This document shows positions 29,464 to 38,968 of a DNA stretch of 64,000 nucleotides, in pieces. The translations under genes were made by a program, and so were the position numbers. The notes under the pieces were generated by a model. That model was not told where the DNA came from. It searched no databases and worked only from the letters and a program-made list of their open reading frames with translations. Numbering within the stretch: position 1 is the stretch's first letter; each line of letters starts with the position of its first letter. Source of the DNA: a bacterium (GTDB lineage: Bacteria; Patescibacteriota; Minisyncoccia; Phycocordibacterales; Zambryskibacteraceae); the NCBI GenBank assembly GCA_030650605.1, contig JAUSDP010000020.1:83282-147281 (forward strand). Reading direction: 5' to 3'.

Positions 29464-30846
29464 ATGAAAACCGTACGACTACTTTCGGCATTGGCACTGC
29501 TTATGCTCGGCCTTAGCAGCCATGTCCCGGCAAGTGCTGCAGGCAATCAAGTTACCTGCACTCCATCAACTACGAACAATTACGTTGCGTGCGATGCAGG
29601 ATATACCGGGCAAAAATTTACCGTAACAACAAAAACTTGTCCAGATGGTTGGCCGAATGGCATCATCACGACTACGTCCACTTACGATACAAGCCACTGT
29701 TTAAGAAGCGCACCACCGCAAAATGGCGACCGTACTTGTGAACTTACTCCTGGCGCATGCTCTCCCATGCCAGCATCGCCTGGTTGTCCACTCAACCAAC
29801 ATTGGGTGCTGACAGGATCCACTGTCGCTCACTGCGTAAACAATGATCCAAGCTGCGGATGGGGAACATCATTGGTTCACGACGGCATGGGTAATCCAAG
29901 CTGTCTTGCCAATACCTGTCCCTCTAACAAAGTACTACAAGGCGATGGCATTTCTTGTGCTTGTCCAAGCGGCACCGCATGGAATGGTTCTTCTTGTGTA
30001 GCCTTACCACCACCATGTACACCAAGTTCAGTGAACGGTGGCGACGTTGCCTGCGGTGCCGGTTTTACAGGAAACAAGCATGGCGTTACGACAAATTCGT
30101 GTCCAGGAAACGTGTTGACATTCGCTTGGGATACTAGTAGTTGCGTACCAATCGTAGTTCCTCCACCTTGTACGCCAAGTATCGTTAATGGCAGTAACGT
30201 AACCTGTGGGGCCGGATTTACAGGAACTAAGTTCCTTGTTACAACAAACGCGTGTCCAGGAAATATCATCTCTTCAGTCTGGAATACGAGCAGTTGCGTG
30301 CCAATTGCGCCGCCACCGGCATGCACACCAAGTATCGTCAATGGCAGTAACGTAGTCTGTGACCCTGGCTTCATAGGTTTTAAACACGGGGTTACTACGA
30401 CCTCTTGCCCAGGTAGTGTCGTAACATTCGTTTGGGATACAAGTGCTTGCACACCTTTTGTGGCTCCGCCAGTTTGCGCAAACGGTGCCACTAATTATCC
30501 GACTTGTACACCAATTTGTGCTCCGCCTCGACAATTAGTAAATTCGGCTTGGCTTTTTGGCACAGCTTGTGTTCGTCCGTTTACTGTCGATCAGAATGGA
30601 AGTACTGTTATTTATCGATCTTCGACTTTTAATGTTTTTACTTATGATTCAACTAATAATGGTCCAAATATTTTAAGTATTGACCCTTCAATTTCTAACG
30701 CAGATAGTCGATCCATAATCTATTTAGGAGCTGATAACTGTAATAATCACATAAACGTATATAACGCTGGTGACGCAATGGAAGGTGGCGGGACAGCTCC
30801 GTACAACTTAGTTCAGCGAATAGCTCATAGTAGTTGGTGCAATTAA
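29464..30846 (+). CDS. secreted Cys-rich repeat protein (4 tandem ~48-aa modules CTPS.VNG..V.CG.GFTG.K..VTT..CPG....WDTSSC)
   Basis: Signal peptide MKTVRLLSALALLMLGLSSHVPASA; repeats read directly; overlaps the end of pilV. Confidence 0.5.
   Translation: MKTVRLLSALALLMLGLSSHVPASAAGNQVTCTPSTTNNYVACDAGYTGQKFTVTTKTCPDGWPNGIITTTSTYDTSHCLRSAPPQNGDRTCELTPGACSPMPASPGCPLNQHWVLTGSTVAHCVNNDPSCGWGTSLVHDGMGNPSCLANTCPSNKVLQGDGISCACPSGTAWNGSSCVALPPPCTPSSVNGGDVACGAGFTGNKHGVTTNSCPGNVLTFAWDTSSCVPIVVPPPCTPSIVNGSNVTCGAGFTGTKFLVTTNACPGNIISSVWNTSSCVPIAPPPACTPSIVNGSNVVCDPGFIGFKHGVTTTSCPGSVVTFVWDTSACTPFVAPPVCANGATNYPTCTPICAPPRQLVNSAWLFGTACVRPFTVDQNGSTVIYRSSTFNVFTYDSTNNGPNILSIDPSISNADSRSIIYLGADNCNNHINVYNAGDAMEGGGTAPYNLVQRIAHSSWCN
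29990..30480 (+). repeat. about 150-bp tandem coding repeats (4 copies) inside the Cys-rich protein gene
   Basis: Near-identical DNA and protein repeats. Confidence 0.6.
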
Positions 30847-31089
30847 TTGACTTATTCCTAAATGACATAAACACACATTACACAAGGCGAACGATACTAA
30901 ATTTAAATTATCAAGAAAGCGACACATGATCAAAATAACCGTCTGAAGACGGTTATTTTGATCTGCGCGATTAATTACACTGAACACCACTTATATTCGT
31001 TCCGCAGACTGCCTTAACAAAGTTAAATGTTCCGCCAGTACATATCCATGTAGTTGTCACATGGCCAACGATACCAATATTCCCCGGTA

Positions 31090-31683
31090 TTACAGAATAT
31101 CCACATGTTGTGTTATCAAGGCAGTTACAACTGGACGTTCCTTGCAAACCTTCTGCTTTTGCAAATCTAGCGCCTTTAATGCCTGCACCCAATAATATCT
31201 AAAATTCCATTTTGGCAGATAGATTGACCAATTTTCGAAATCGATATTTTCCCATTGCATTCCCAACACTTCACTTTTTCTAGCGCCAGATTCAAGGCAC
31301 ATGACAAACAGGAAGTAAGGTTCTTGATTGATTTTCGCTTTTAACCAGCCAGCGATTTTGACTGACTCTTCCGCCGAGAGAGTACGTTTGCAGTCGAGAT
31401 TTGGCTTTGGCTTCTCACCCCGTGGAATCATCTTGACGGGATTCACGAGTCTATTGGGAAATTTATCTGGCTAGAGTTTATAGACTTTCTCAAACGCAGA
31501 ACCAATGGTCGAAATTTCTCTGAGAATGGTATTGTCTTTTATTCCTTTCTCGCGGCGAGAGTCCATGTAATGAATCAACAGCCAAAAATCTATCGTATCA
31601 ATTTTTAAGTCTGCGAATGGAATTGCGGTAGCAACATGTTCAAGCTTATTGAGGACTTTGTATTTGATTGAGTAAACTGACAT
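31090..31683 (-). pseudogene. phage-type tyrosine integrase remnant: N-terminal about 198 codons interrupted by an in-frame TAG at 31471-31473 and lacking the catalytic C-terminus
   Basis: ORFs 31471..31683 and 31090..31446 are in the same frame (offset 237 nt); LFVMCLESGARKSEVLGMQWENIDFENWSIYLPK matches integrase box I; no HxxR/Y region follows. Confidence 0.55.
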
Positions 31684-31730
31684 TGATCCTCGGTTTGCAC
31701 TGCATTTTCATTGTGCAAAAAATTGTGCTT

Positions 31731-31760
31731 AAAAAAAAGCCGGAATGAACCGGCTTTTTT
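31731..31760. terminator. bidirectional rho-independent terminator AAAAAAAAGCCGGaatgaaCCGGCTTTTTT
   Basis: Perfect GC stem flanked by an A-run and a T-run. Confidence 0.65.
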
Positions 31761-31776
31761 AGAAATGGTATTGATT

Positions 31777-32808
31777 TTATTGGTTTGCACCACCGCCAAT
31801 ATTCAACGAAGCACCGGTGGTGAAACTCCAATTTTTAACTAGTGCCACTCCATTAACATTGCCAATAAACGAAACACTGTATTTTGTATTAGCCTTGAAT
31901 GGAGCTTTACCAACAATGTGAACAACGTTAGTCCCAATATGTTTATTAATATCGTTTGCGTTGGTGATTAAACGAACGTCCAAGGGTGCTGTTTGAGCCG
32001 CTTCCGTCACGGTAAAACTGGTAACCGCGAGAGTTGTCCCAAATGCCGAATAAATAGACACTGGAGAGGTCGTCTTCGTTAGCACGTCGTTGGTTGTCGT
32101 ATCAATGTCGGAAAATGGATTTGGTGTCTCTCCGCTCATGACCAGCGGAAGATCCGTTTGAAGATCGACTGGATAGGTTGTGACAAAGTCAGATGAATTG
32201 TTCTGTCCCAAACCAACACCTAGCCCATTTTCAACCACCAATGGTTTGAACCATCCAACATTCAAAGAAAAGCCAGCGTCAATAATTGATTGCGTCGCAA
32301 TACCGTCGCGATGGTAAATCGTATTCATCAATTGACGAACGCCAATCTGTCCACCGGTACCGGCGAGCATTTCGCCATCATTTCCAGCGTATCCAGAAAA
32401 TTGAGTACGATCTTGTGGATTGACCCCGGTGAAACCTGGCTTAGATGGGTCTTCTGTATGGCTAAAAATTTGATTCACGACGATGTAGTTTGCGTGATTT
32501 GCCGCAGCCTGATCCAACTTCAAGTTTTGAGCAACTAAGCCCAAGCCCATCATTTTACGAAACCCATTAAATTCATTGAATGCGGCCAGTTCTTCAGATC
32601 CAACAAGATAAGTTGGCGTCGGAACACTGGTCTGCAATTTAGCTGGTGTTACCGTTGGTGCGGGCGTAACACACACACCATTGGTTAAAACTTGTGGCGC
32701 TATACATGCCGGTGTGACAGCAACTGGAGTAGACACCCCACCGCTACCACCACCGCAGGCAGACAAGATCAAAGAAGAGATGACTGTTGCAAGTAAGTGT
32801 TTTTTCAT
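31777..32808 (-). CDS. CAP/SCP (YkwD-like) domain lipoprotein
   Basis: Lipobox LILSAC followed by a Gly-rich linker; CAP-like segment FNEFNGFRKMMGLGLVAQNLKLDQAAANHANYI; AAGAGG Shine-Dalgarno before MKKHLL. Confidence 0.5.
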   Translation of the reverse strand: MKKHLLATVISSLILSACGGGSGGVSTPVAVTPACIAPQVLTNGVCVTPAPTVTPAKLQTSVPTPTYLVGSEELAAFNEFNGFRKMMGLGLVAQNLKLDQAAANHANYIVVNQIFSHTEDPSKPGFTGVNPQDRTQFSGYAGNDGEMLAGTGGQIGVRQLMNTIYHRDGIATQSIIDAGFSLNVGWFKPLVVENGLGVGLGQNNSSDFVTTYPVDLQTDLPLVMSGETPNPFSDIDTTTNDVLTKTTSPVSIYSAFGTTLAVTSFTVTEAAQTAPLDVRLITNANDINKHIGTNVVHIVGKAPFKANTKYSVSFIGNVNGVALVKNWSFTTGASLNIGGGANQ

Positions 32809-32961
32809 TTTGAGCCTCTTGTGGTTGTTTGTGGAGTTCATGGAAACCATCGTACAGTAAAAATTAACCGTGTCAAATTTTGACAAAATTCAGATATTTT
32901 TTTCGTATGTAGTATATTATGCGTAAATATTATTTCGAAACATAACTATTCTACGAAAGAA

Positions 32962-33678
32962 TTGCAAATGAGGAAACACATTTTTTCTGCGGCGCTTTTT
33001 TTTCAGGTGTTATCTATTGCCCATGCGGCTCCACAAGACGCGATTAAGGAGGCAATTTCACCTTTGATTGAAGGTGTAACGATTGAGAAAATTTCCCCTA
33101 CTTCACGTGCCGGACTCTTTGAGGTGATTACACCGAAAGGGATTCTCTACACAGACAAGACCGGCTCGTTCGTCATTTTTGGTGGCGTGCTGGTGGATTC
33201 AAAATCAAAGACCAATGTAACTGCGCAACGAATGGAGGAAATTGGGACATTCAGATTTTCTGATTTACCTTTAAAGGATGCAATTAAGACCGTACGCGGA
33301 AACGGATCTCGTGTTCTGGCGACGTTTGAAGATCCCAATTGCGGGTATTGCAAAAAGCTGGCCAACGAAATTTCCAAGCTCGACAATATTACGATTTACA
33401 CCTTCCTACTTCCTATCTTGTCGCAGGATTCCAAAGAAAAATCGACAACTATTTGGTGTGCAACCGATCAGTCAGAAACATGGAATCGCTTCATGACAGG
33501 CAATCAGCCTCTGCCTGACAGAAAAGAATGCGTTACACCGTTGGATCGCAACTTAGCCCTCTCGCAAAAGCTACATATCAATGGCACCCCGGCGATTTTG
33601 TTTGCCAACAACACCAGATCGCCGGGGTATCTAGCCGCCGATCAAATTGAATTGAAACTAGCAACAAAAAGTAAGTAA
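32962..33678 (+). CDS. DsbC/DsbG-family periplasmic thiol:disulfide isomerase
   Basis: Signal peptide; thioredoxin active site CGYC (identical to DsbC); 238 aa. Confidence 0.7.
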   Translation: MQMRKHIFSAALFFQVLSIAHAAPQDAIKEAISPLIEGVTIEKISPTSRAGLFEVITPKGILYTDKTGSFVIFGGVLVDSKSKTNVTAQRMEEIGTFRFSDLPLKDAIKTVRGNGSRVLATFEDPNCGYCKKLANEISKLDNITIYTFLLPILSQDSKEKSTTIWCATDQSETWNRFMTGNQPLPDRKECVTPLDRNLALSQKLHINGTPAILFANNTRSPGYLAADQIELKLATKSK

Positions 33679-33783
33679 TTTCGACGTGAAGTTTTATGAA
33701 TCCCGATAGCAAACTTAAAAAGGAATACGAGAGTAGGCGCTATCCCTTTCAACTACAAAGTTGACGTTTCTCGTGAAATAAAA

Positions 33784-35394
33784 ATGGCAAAAAAGATTGG
33801 CATTACAAAATTTGCAGCGGCAATATGTGCCGTATTCACCGCGTTAATTCTATCCGGCTGTGGTGGTGGAAGTGGTAACACTGTGTTGGAAAGCCCTGGA
33901 TTGGCACTCAGTACGACGGCATCAAATACTGTGACCATCGACCTCGGCGCTAGTGCTGCATATACCGTAAATGGTGGCGGTGGTGGTTCCAAATTCACGA
34001 GCTATACGGCCACCAGCAGTAACATCAAGATCGCTACTGCAGTAGTTGATGGAACGAAACTGACTATTTCCGGCATTTCACTTGGTGCGGTCACGGTCAC
34101 AGTTTCCGATTCAAAAGGGGCATCGGTGCAAATCGGCGTAACGATTGGTACTAGTGCCTCTGCTGCCGCTCTCTATACCACGGCACCGAGCGCTGTAACG
34201 ATCGCACCCGGTTCTGCACCAGTTTATGCCATCGCTGGTGGTACTGAGCCTTACACCGTCACCAGTAGTGACACCAGCGTCGCCAGTGTCACTGTCAATC
34301 AACGAACGTTGGTGGTTACTGGCGTTGCTCCGGGATCCGCTAAAGTCGTTATCTTTGACGCTACAGGCGCATCAACCACTATTAGTACAACTATTAGCTC
34401 TGCAAAAGTTGTAACCCCACTGTACACAACGGCCCAAAATGCAATCACTATTGCGCCAGGTGCTACACCTTCATATACGATTGCCGGTGGTGCCGCCCCT
34501 TATACTGCGACAAGCAGCAATAGCGGCGTATCGACGGTGAGTGTCAGTGGAGGAACGTTGACAATTGGCGGTGTAGTCAGTGGCACTTCGACTATCGCTA
34601 TTTTTGATTCATTAGGATCCTCGACAAAAGTGGTCGTTACTGTTGGGGCGACTGGAACTGCTCTATATACCACCGCACCAAGTCCGTTGACTGTTGGTGT
34701 AGGCGCCACAACTTATCAATACTCAATTGCTGGTGGGTTCGGACCTTACATTGCAAATAGTAGCAATGTCAGTGTGGCGATGGTAAGCCTCAACGGCAGT
34801 ACCTTTGCCATTACTGGAGTAACGCCAGGTGTTGCCAATATCGTTCTCCATGACTCTACAGGAGGCACTGTCACGATAGCGCTCACGATCGGGTCAGGCA
34901 CTACACCTACAACGATAGCACCTGTCTATACGACTGCACAAAATGCCATTACGATTGCGGCCGGCGCGACACCCACGTATACGGTCGGTGGTGGAATTGC
35001 CCCTTACACGGTTAGCAGTGGCAATGTCAGCGTGGTGACAGCAGCTCTGAGTGGTAATACTCTTTCTGTTGCGGGTGTTTCCGGCGGAACGGCAACCGTT
35101 ACAGTTCGAGATTATTCAGGTACCACTTCCGCGATCGCTGTAACTGTGGGATCGTCTACGGCACTCTATACGACAGCACCTAGTACCGTAACGATCGGCG
35201 TTGGATCTGCACCAACATATACGATTGCAGGTGGTGCGATTCCATATAACGCCGTGAGCAGCAACACAGGCGTAGCCACTGTCGCGTTGGCTGGTTCCGC
35301 AATGACGATCACTGGAATTGCTTCGGGTACTGCCCAAATTGCTGTTCATGATGTCACTGGTGCACTGGTGACGATCACCGTCACTGTTCCTTAA
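33784..35394 (+). CDS. surface lipoprotein with six tandem bacterial Ig-like (Big_2-like) domains
   Basis: Lipobox LILSGCGGGSG; six repeats of about 90 aa (ALYTTAPS.VTI..G..P.Y.I.GG..PYT.TSS...VA.V...G..LT.TGV..G.A.I...D..G). Confidence 0.6.
   Translation: MAKKIGITKFAAAICAVFTALILSGCGGGSGNTVLESPGLALSTTASNTVTIDLGASAAYTVNGGGGGSKFTSYTATSSNIKIATAVVDGTKLTISGISLGAVTVTVSDSKGASVQIGVTIGTSASAAALYTTAPSAVTIAPGSAPVYAIAGGTEPYTVTSSDTSVASVTVNQRTLVVTGVAPGSAKVVIFDATGASTTISTTISSAKVVTPLYTTAQNAITIAPGATPSYTIAGGAAPYTATSSNSGVSTVSVSGGTLTIGGVVSGTSTIAIFDSLGSSTKVVVTVGATGTALYTTAPSPLTVGVGATTYQYSIAGGFGPYIANSSNVSVAMVSLNGSTFAITGVTPGVANIVLHDSTGGTVTIALTIGSGTTPTTIAPVYTTAQNAITIAAGATPTYTVGGGIAPYTVSSGNVSVVTAALSGNTLSVAGVSGGTATVTVRDYSGTTSAIAVTVGSSTALYTTAPSTVTIGVGSAPTYTIAGGAIPYNAVSSNTGVATVALAGSAMTITGIASGTAQIAVHDVTGALVTITVTVP
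34100..35390 (+). repeat. about 270-bp tandem coding repeats (6 copies)
   Basis: Direct reading of the repeated protein modules. Confidence 0.6.
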
Positions 35395-35520
35395 TTAATG
35401 TTGAGCATGATGGACATAGTATCTTTTTAAAATGATGCCCGTCATGCTCAATAATCGCAAGGCAACCAAAGGAACATCGGTAAATCCGAGTTCCTTTTTT
35501 TACATTTAGGATTAACCAAA

Positions 35521-36192
35521 ATGAAACATCTAGTCACTTCTATTTTTTTAATTTCACTTTTCGCTTCGTATAGCAATGCCGCTGAGCCGAGCAGCCATTT
35601 TCAAGCGCCAAGTGCGAATGACACATTCTCAGAAACTCAAATGCTAACGATTCAAGGACGCAAACCAATAACGATATCGATCTTAAATGGTTTTGGAAAA
35701 GAGATCCCATTAATGGAGGCTACAAAACTCATCTTACCAAAAGGAATAATTGCTATTTTCGATGAATCGGTCTCAGGTGCCAATGTGAAAGTCTCCTGGC
35801 GCGGTGGAAATACTTGGCTATCAACATTAGCGCAAATTTTGCAACAAGCACGAGTATCAGCGGTAATGAACTTCGATTCGATGCAACTAACCATTTCAAC
35901 ATTCGACCCTCAATCGTTGGCCGTTCAAGCTCCTCCTTTGGCAGTACCTCGCAGTGCGGAAATCAATGGAGTGCAACAAAAAGGTAATTTGATCGTGGTG
36001 ACTTTAGAAAATCAAGTCAGCGAAATTTACATCGTTGATCGCCTCCGACAAAGGGATATTCCAGTGGTTTGGATAAGCCCAACCGCCTTTACGTTCCCGA
36101 TATCTGTTTCCGACAAAATTCGCATCACAACCGATAAAGGAGCATCAAACATCACACGATTGAATGGCAATTGGATGATAGGTGGCGCATGA
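35521..36192 (+). CDS. secreted hypothetical protein
   Basis: Signal peptide MKHLVTSIFLISLFASYSNA; 223 aa. Confidence 0.35.
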   Translation: MKHLVTSIFLISLFASYSNAAEPSSHFQAPSANDTFSETQMLTIQGRKPITISILNGFGKEIPLMEATKLILPKGIIAIFDESVSGANVKVSWRGGNTWLSTLAQILQQARVSAVMNFDSMQLTISTFDPQSLAVQAPPLAVPRSAEINGVQQKGNLIVVTLENQVSEIYIVDRLRQRDIPVVWISPTAFTFPISVSDKIRITTDKGASNITRLNGNWMIGGA

Positions 36193-36345
36193 ATAGTGGC
36201 GATTGGTGGCAAATGGCGCGTGAATATACGGCTAATGGTTGCTCACATTTCAATTATTTGACACGGTTAAAAAATACTGTATCGTGATTTCACTGGCAGT
36301 ACAAAAACAACCCGTTATCAATCGCGTTTTGAACTAAGGTCATAC

Positions 36346-38415
36346 ATGAGACTCAATAAAGATAATTACACGATTCCACTTGGCTTCTCTAATGAGTTGA
36401 TCATCGATAATTTCGCTGGTGGCGGCGGCACATCGTCGGGACTTGAGCAGGCGTTCGGCCGACCAGTCGATATCGCGATCAATCACGATCCTGAAGCACT
36501 GGCAATGCATGCAGCGAATCACCCGCACACAAAGCATCTTTGCGAGAGCGTCTGGGACATTGACCCGATTAAAGTAACAAACAATCAGCCGGTCGGTTTA
36601 GTCTGGCTGTCGCCGGACTGTAAGCACTTCTCTAAAGCCAAGGGCGGGAAGCCAGTAGATAAGCGCATCCGTGGCTTGGCTTGGGTTACATTGCGTTGGG
36701 CAGCGAAGTGTAAGCCGCGTGTCATTATGCTTGAAAATGTGGGCGAGTTTCAGACTTGGGGTCCGCTGCTTATTGACGTAAATGGTGACGCGAAACCCGA
36801 CCCAGCAAAAAAGGGAAAAACATTTGGAAGCTTCATTCGCCAGCTAAAAGCACATGGATACGATGTTGAGCATCGCGAGATGCGTGCTTGTGACTATGGC
36901 ACTCCAACAATCCGTAAACGCTTCTTCCTTATTGCTAGACGCGATGGCATAAAAATTCAATGGCCCGAACCGACACACGGCGCACCAGATAGTATCGAAG
37001 TCACATCAGGGAAGCTGCAAACATATCGCACAGCTGCTGAGTGTATCGATTGGTCGATCCCGTGCCCGAGCATTTTTGAAAGAAACAGGCCGCTTGCGGA
37101 AGCCACCTTGCGCCGCATTGCCAAGGGAATTATGCGCTATGTTGTCAACGCCGCAGATCCTTTTATTATTGGGCAAGGTGGTCCTGTGTATTCTGGTAAA
37201 CCAGTAACAGTGGAACAGCCATTCGGCACACTAACAACTGAGAATCACCGTTCAGTAGTAGTTCCAACATTGGTGCAAACAGGTTATGGTGAACGCAAAG
37301 CTGGGTGGTACTGCAAACATTGCTCTACACAATTTGGCATTGAACCAACGTGTGGATGTACTGCATGTGGAAACGAGGACGATTTAATACCAGTTAAAGC
37401 ACAATCTCCTCGATCCCTTGACATCAAAGAACCATTGGGCACCGTCGTTGGCGGCGGAGTAAAGCACGCTCTTGCTGCTACTTTTTTATCCCCGTACTAC
37501 AGCGACAAACGACCAAACGACGCACGCGGTCAAATACCGAATGAGCCGATTAATACGGTCCCAACCGAGAACCGACATGCACTAGTGACTGCACTGCTTA
37601 CTGAACATGCTAACGCTAGCAATCAACGCGTTATGCCAGTTGACGAGCCGCTGCGCACCATTTGTGCCCAAGTCAAAGGTGGACATTTCAGCCTTGTGTC
37701 AGCTCATATAACAAAATTTCGCACTGGCGCAATAGGTAGTGCAATGACTGAACCATTGCACACAATCACCGCAGGGCCGAAGGAAAACCCCGCAGGATGT
37801 CCTCACGCGATGGGCATCGTCACTGCACACATACAGCGCGACATGGGACAAAGTGTCGGACATGCGATTGACGGCCCGTTAGGAACAACGACAGCCGGTG
37901 GCGGTGGTCACTCCGCAATCGTTACAAGTAACTTAGTCAAACTGCGCGGGACTAGCAACGCGGCGGCTACCAACGATCCACTTGGAACAATAAGCGCTGG
38001 TGGTCTGCACCACGCCGAGGTGCGAGCATTCCTATTGAGTTATTACGGGACCGATCAAGCACCAAAAATTGATGGGCCTCTGGCGACAGTCACCAGCAAA
38101 GAGCGATTCGGCCTTGTCACGATCAAGGGGCAAGATTATCAAATAGTCGATATCGGATTACGTATGCTTTCACCTCGGGAGCTATTCCGAGCTCAAGGAT
38201 TCAAAGAAGACTACATTTTTACTCATATCCCAGATCCGGCAATTCTATTCATGGACGGGGTGCAAATTGATGCCGAAGTGCTCGGACTTCCAATGATCCC
38301 ACTCACCAAGAGCGCCCAAGTGCGAATGTGTGGCAACAGCGTCTGCCCGCCAATGGCGTTCGCGTTGATTCAGGCAAGTTTTAAACATGAAAAACAAATA
38401 GCGAGAGCAGCATGA
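36346..38415 (+). CDS. DNA (cytosine-5)-methyltransferase, orphan, with a multi-module target-recognition region
   Basis: Motif I IIDNFAGGGG, motif IV SPDCKHFS (catalytic Cys), motif VI IMLENVGEF and motif X CGNSVCPPMA; five repeated modules EPLxTITAGG/PLGTxxAGG between motifs VIII and IX. Confidence 0.8.
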   Translation: MRLNKDNYTIPLGFSNELIIDNFAGGGGTSSGLEQAFGRPVDIAINHDPEALAMHAANHPHTKHLCESVWDIDPIKVTNNQPVGLVWLSPDCKHFSKAKGGKPVDKRIRGLAWVTLRWAAKCKPRVIMLENVGEFQTWGPLLIDVNGDAKPDPAKKGKTFGSFIRQLKAHGYDVEHREMRACDYGTPTIRKRFFLIARRDGIKIQWPEPTHGAPDSIEVTSGKLQTYRTAAECIDWSIPCPSIFERNRPLAEATLRRIAKGIMRYVVNAADPFIIGQGGPVYSGKPVTVEQPFGTLTTENHRSVVVPTLVQTGYGERKAGWYCKHCSTQFGIEPTCGCTACGNEDDLIPVKAQSPRSLDIKEPLGTVVGGGVKHALAATFLSPYYSDKRPNDARGQIPNEPINTVPTENRHALVTALLTEHANASNQRVMPVDEPLRTICAQVKGGHFSLVSAHITKFRTGAIGSAMTEPLHTITAGPKENPAGCPHAMGIVTAHIQRDMGQSVGHAIDGPLGTTTAGGGGHSAIVTSNLVKLRGTSNAAATNDPLGTISAGGLHHAEVRAFLLSYYGTDQAPKIDGPLATVTSKERFGLVTIKGQDYQIVDIGLRMLSPRELFRAQGFKEDYIFTHIPDPAILFMDGVQIDAEVLGLPMIPLTKSAQVRMCGNSVCPPMAFALIQASFKHEKQIARAA

Positions 38416-38482
38416 CACCACAAGACTTTGCAGCAAAGATCGGAATGGTTTTTAACTTCCACGACTTGCCACAGTTCCCAGC

Positions 38483-38968
38483 ATGACCACTCCTGCACAA
38501 CTCGAACTGCTTAGACATACACTTGGCCTAAATCGCAACCAGGCACCGTCACGTAACTACTTCATGACGGATGCTGCAAGTAGCGGATTCGCAGACCTGA
38601 TCGCGCTCACCGAAGCTGGTTTGATGGCGAAGTCTATCAATCCTGAATGGCTTGGTGGCGGTTTCAATTTTAGCGCCACAGTTGAGGGTCGCGCCTACGC
38701 CGTAGGCATGCAACCAGCACCGAAAAAGAAAAGCAGGTACGAGGAGTTTCTTGATTCCGATTGCGGGTACTCGTTCGCTGAGTGGCTAGGAATCGATGTC
38801 CCGAGACGCGAGTACAGCCGAGGACGTTACCAAATCCCTTACAGTCATTCACCTCGCGATATGGTTCGTCTAACCTCAGAACGAGGCACAGGTGAGTGGG
38901 CGACGACACTGAAAGAGGCAAAAGCCAACTATAAAAATGCAATCCGAACTACGCGATTCCCTGTATGA
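38483..38968 (+). CDS. hypothetical protein between the two methyltransferase genes
   Basis: 161-aa ORF, apparently co-oriented and translationally coupled. Confidence 0.3.
   Translation: MTTPAQLELLRHTLGLNRNQAPSRNYFMTDAASSGFADLIALTEAGLMAKSINPEWLGGGFNFSATVEGRAYAVGMQPAPKKKSRYEEFLDSDCGYSFAEWLGIDVPRREYSRGRYQIPYSHSPRDMVRLTSERGTGEWATTLKEAKANYKNAIRTTRFPV

Noticed and set aside
29877-30491. 204-aa ORF antisense to the Cys-rich repeat gene
   Set aside because: It lies entirely inside the opposite strand of a better-supported gene; repeat-driven open frame with low-complexity Gly/Thr translation
30971-31192. 73-aa Gly/Cys-rich ORF resembling a small bacteriocin-like peptide
   Set aside because: It overlaps the integrase remnant in another frame and has no Shine-Dalgarno or leader motif; it is kept only as a note in the pseudogene finding
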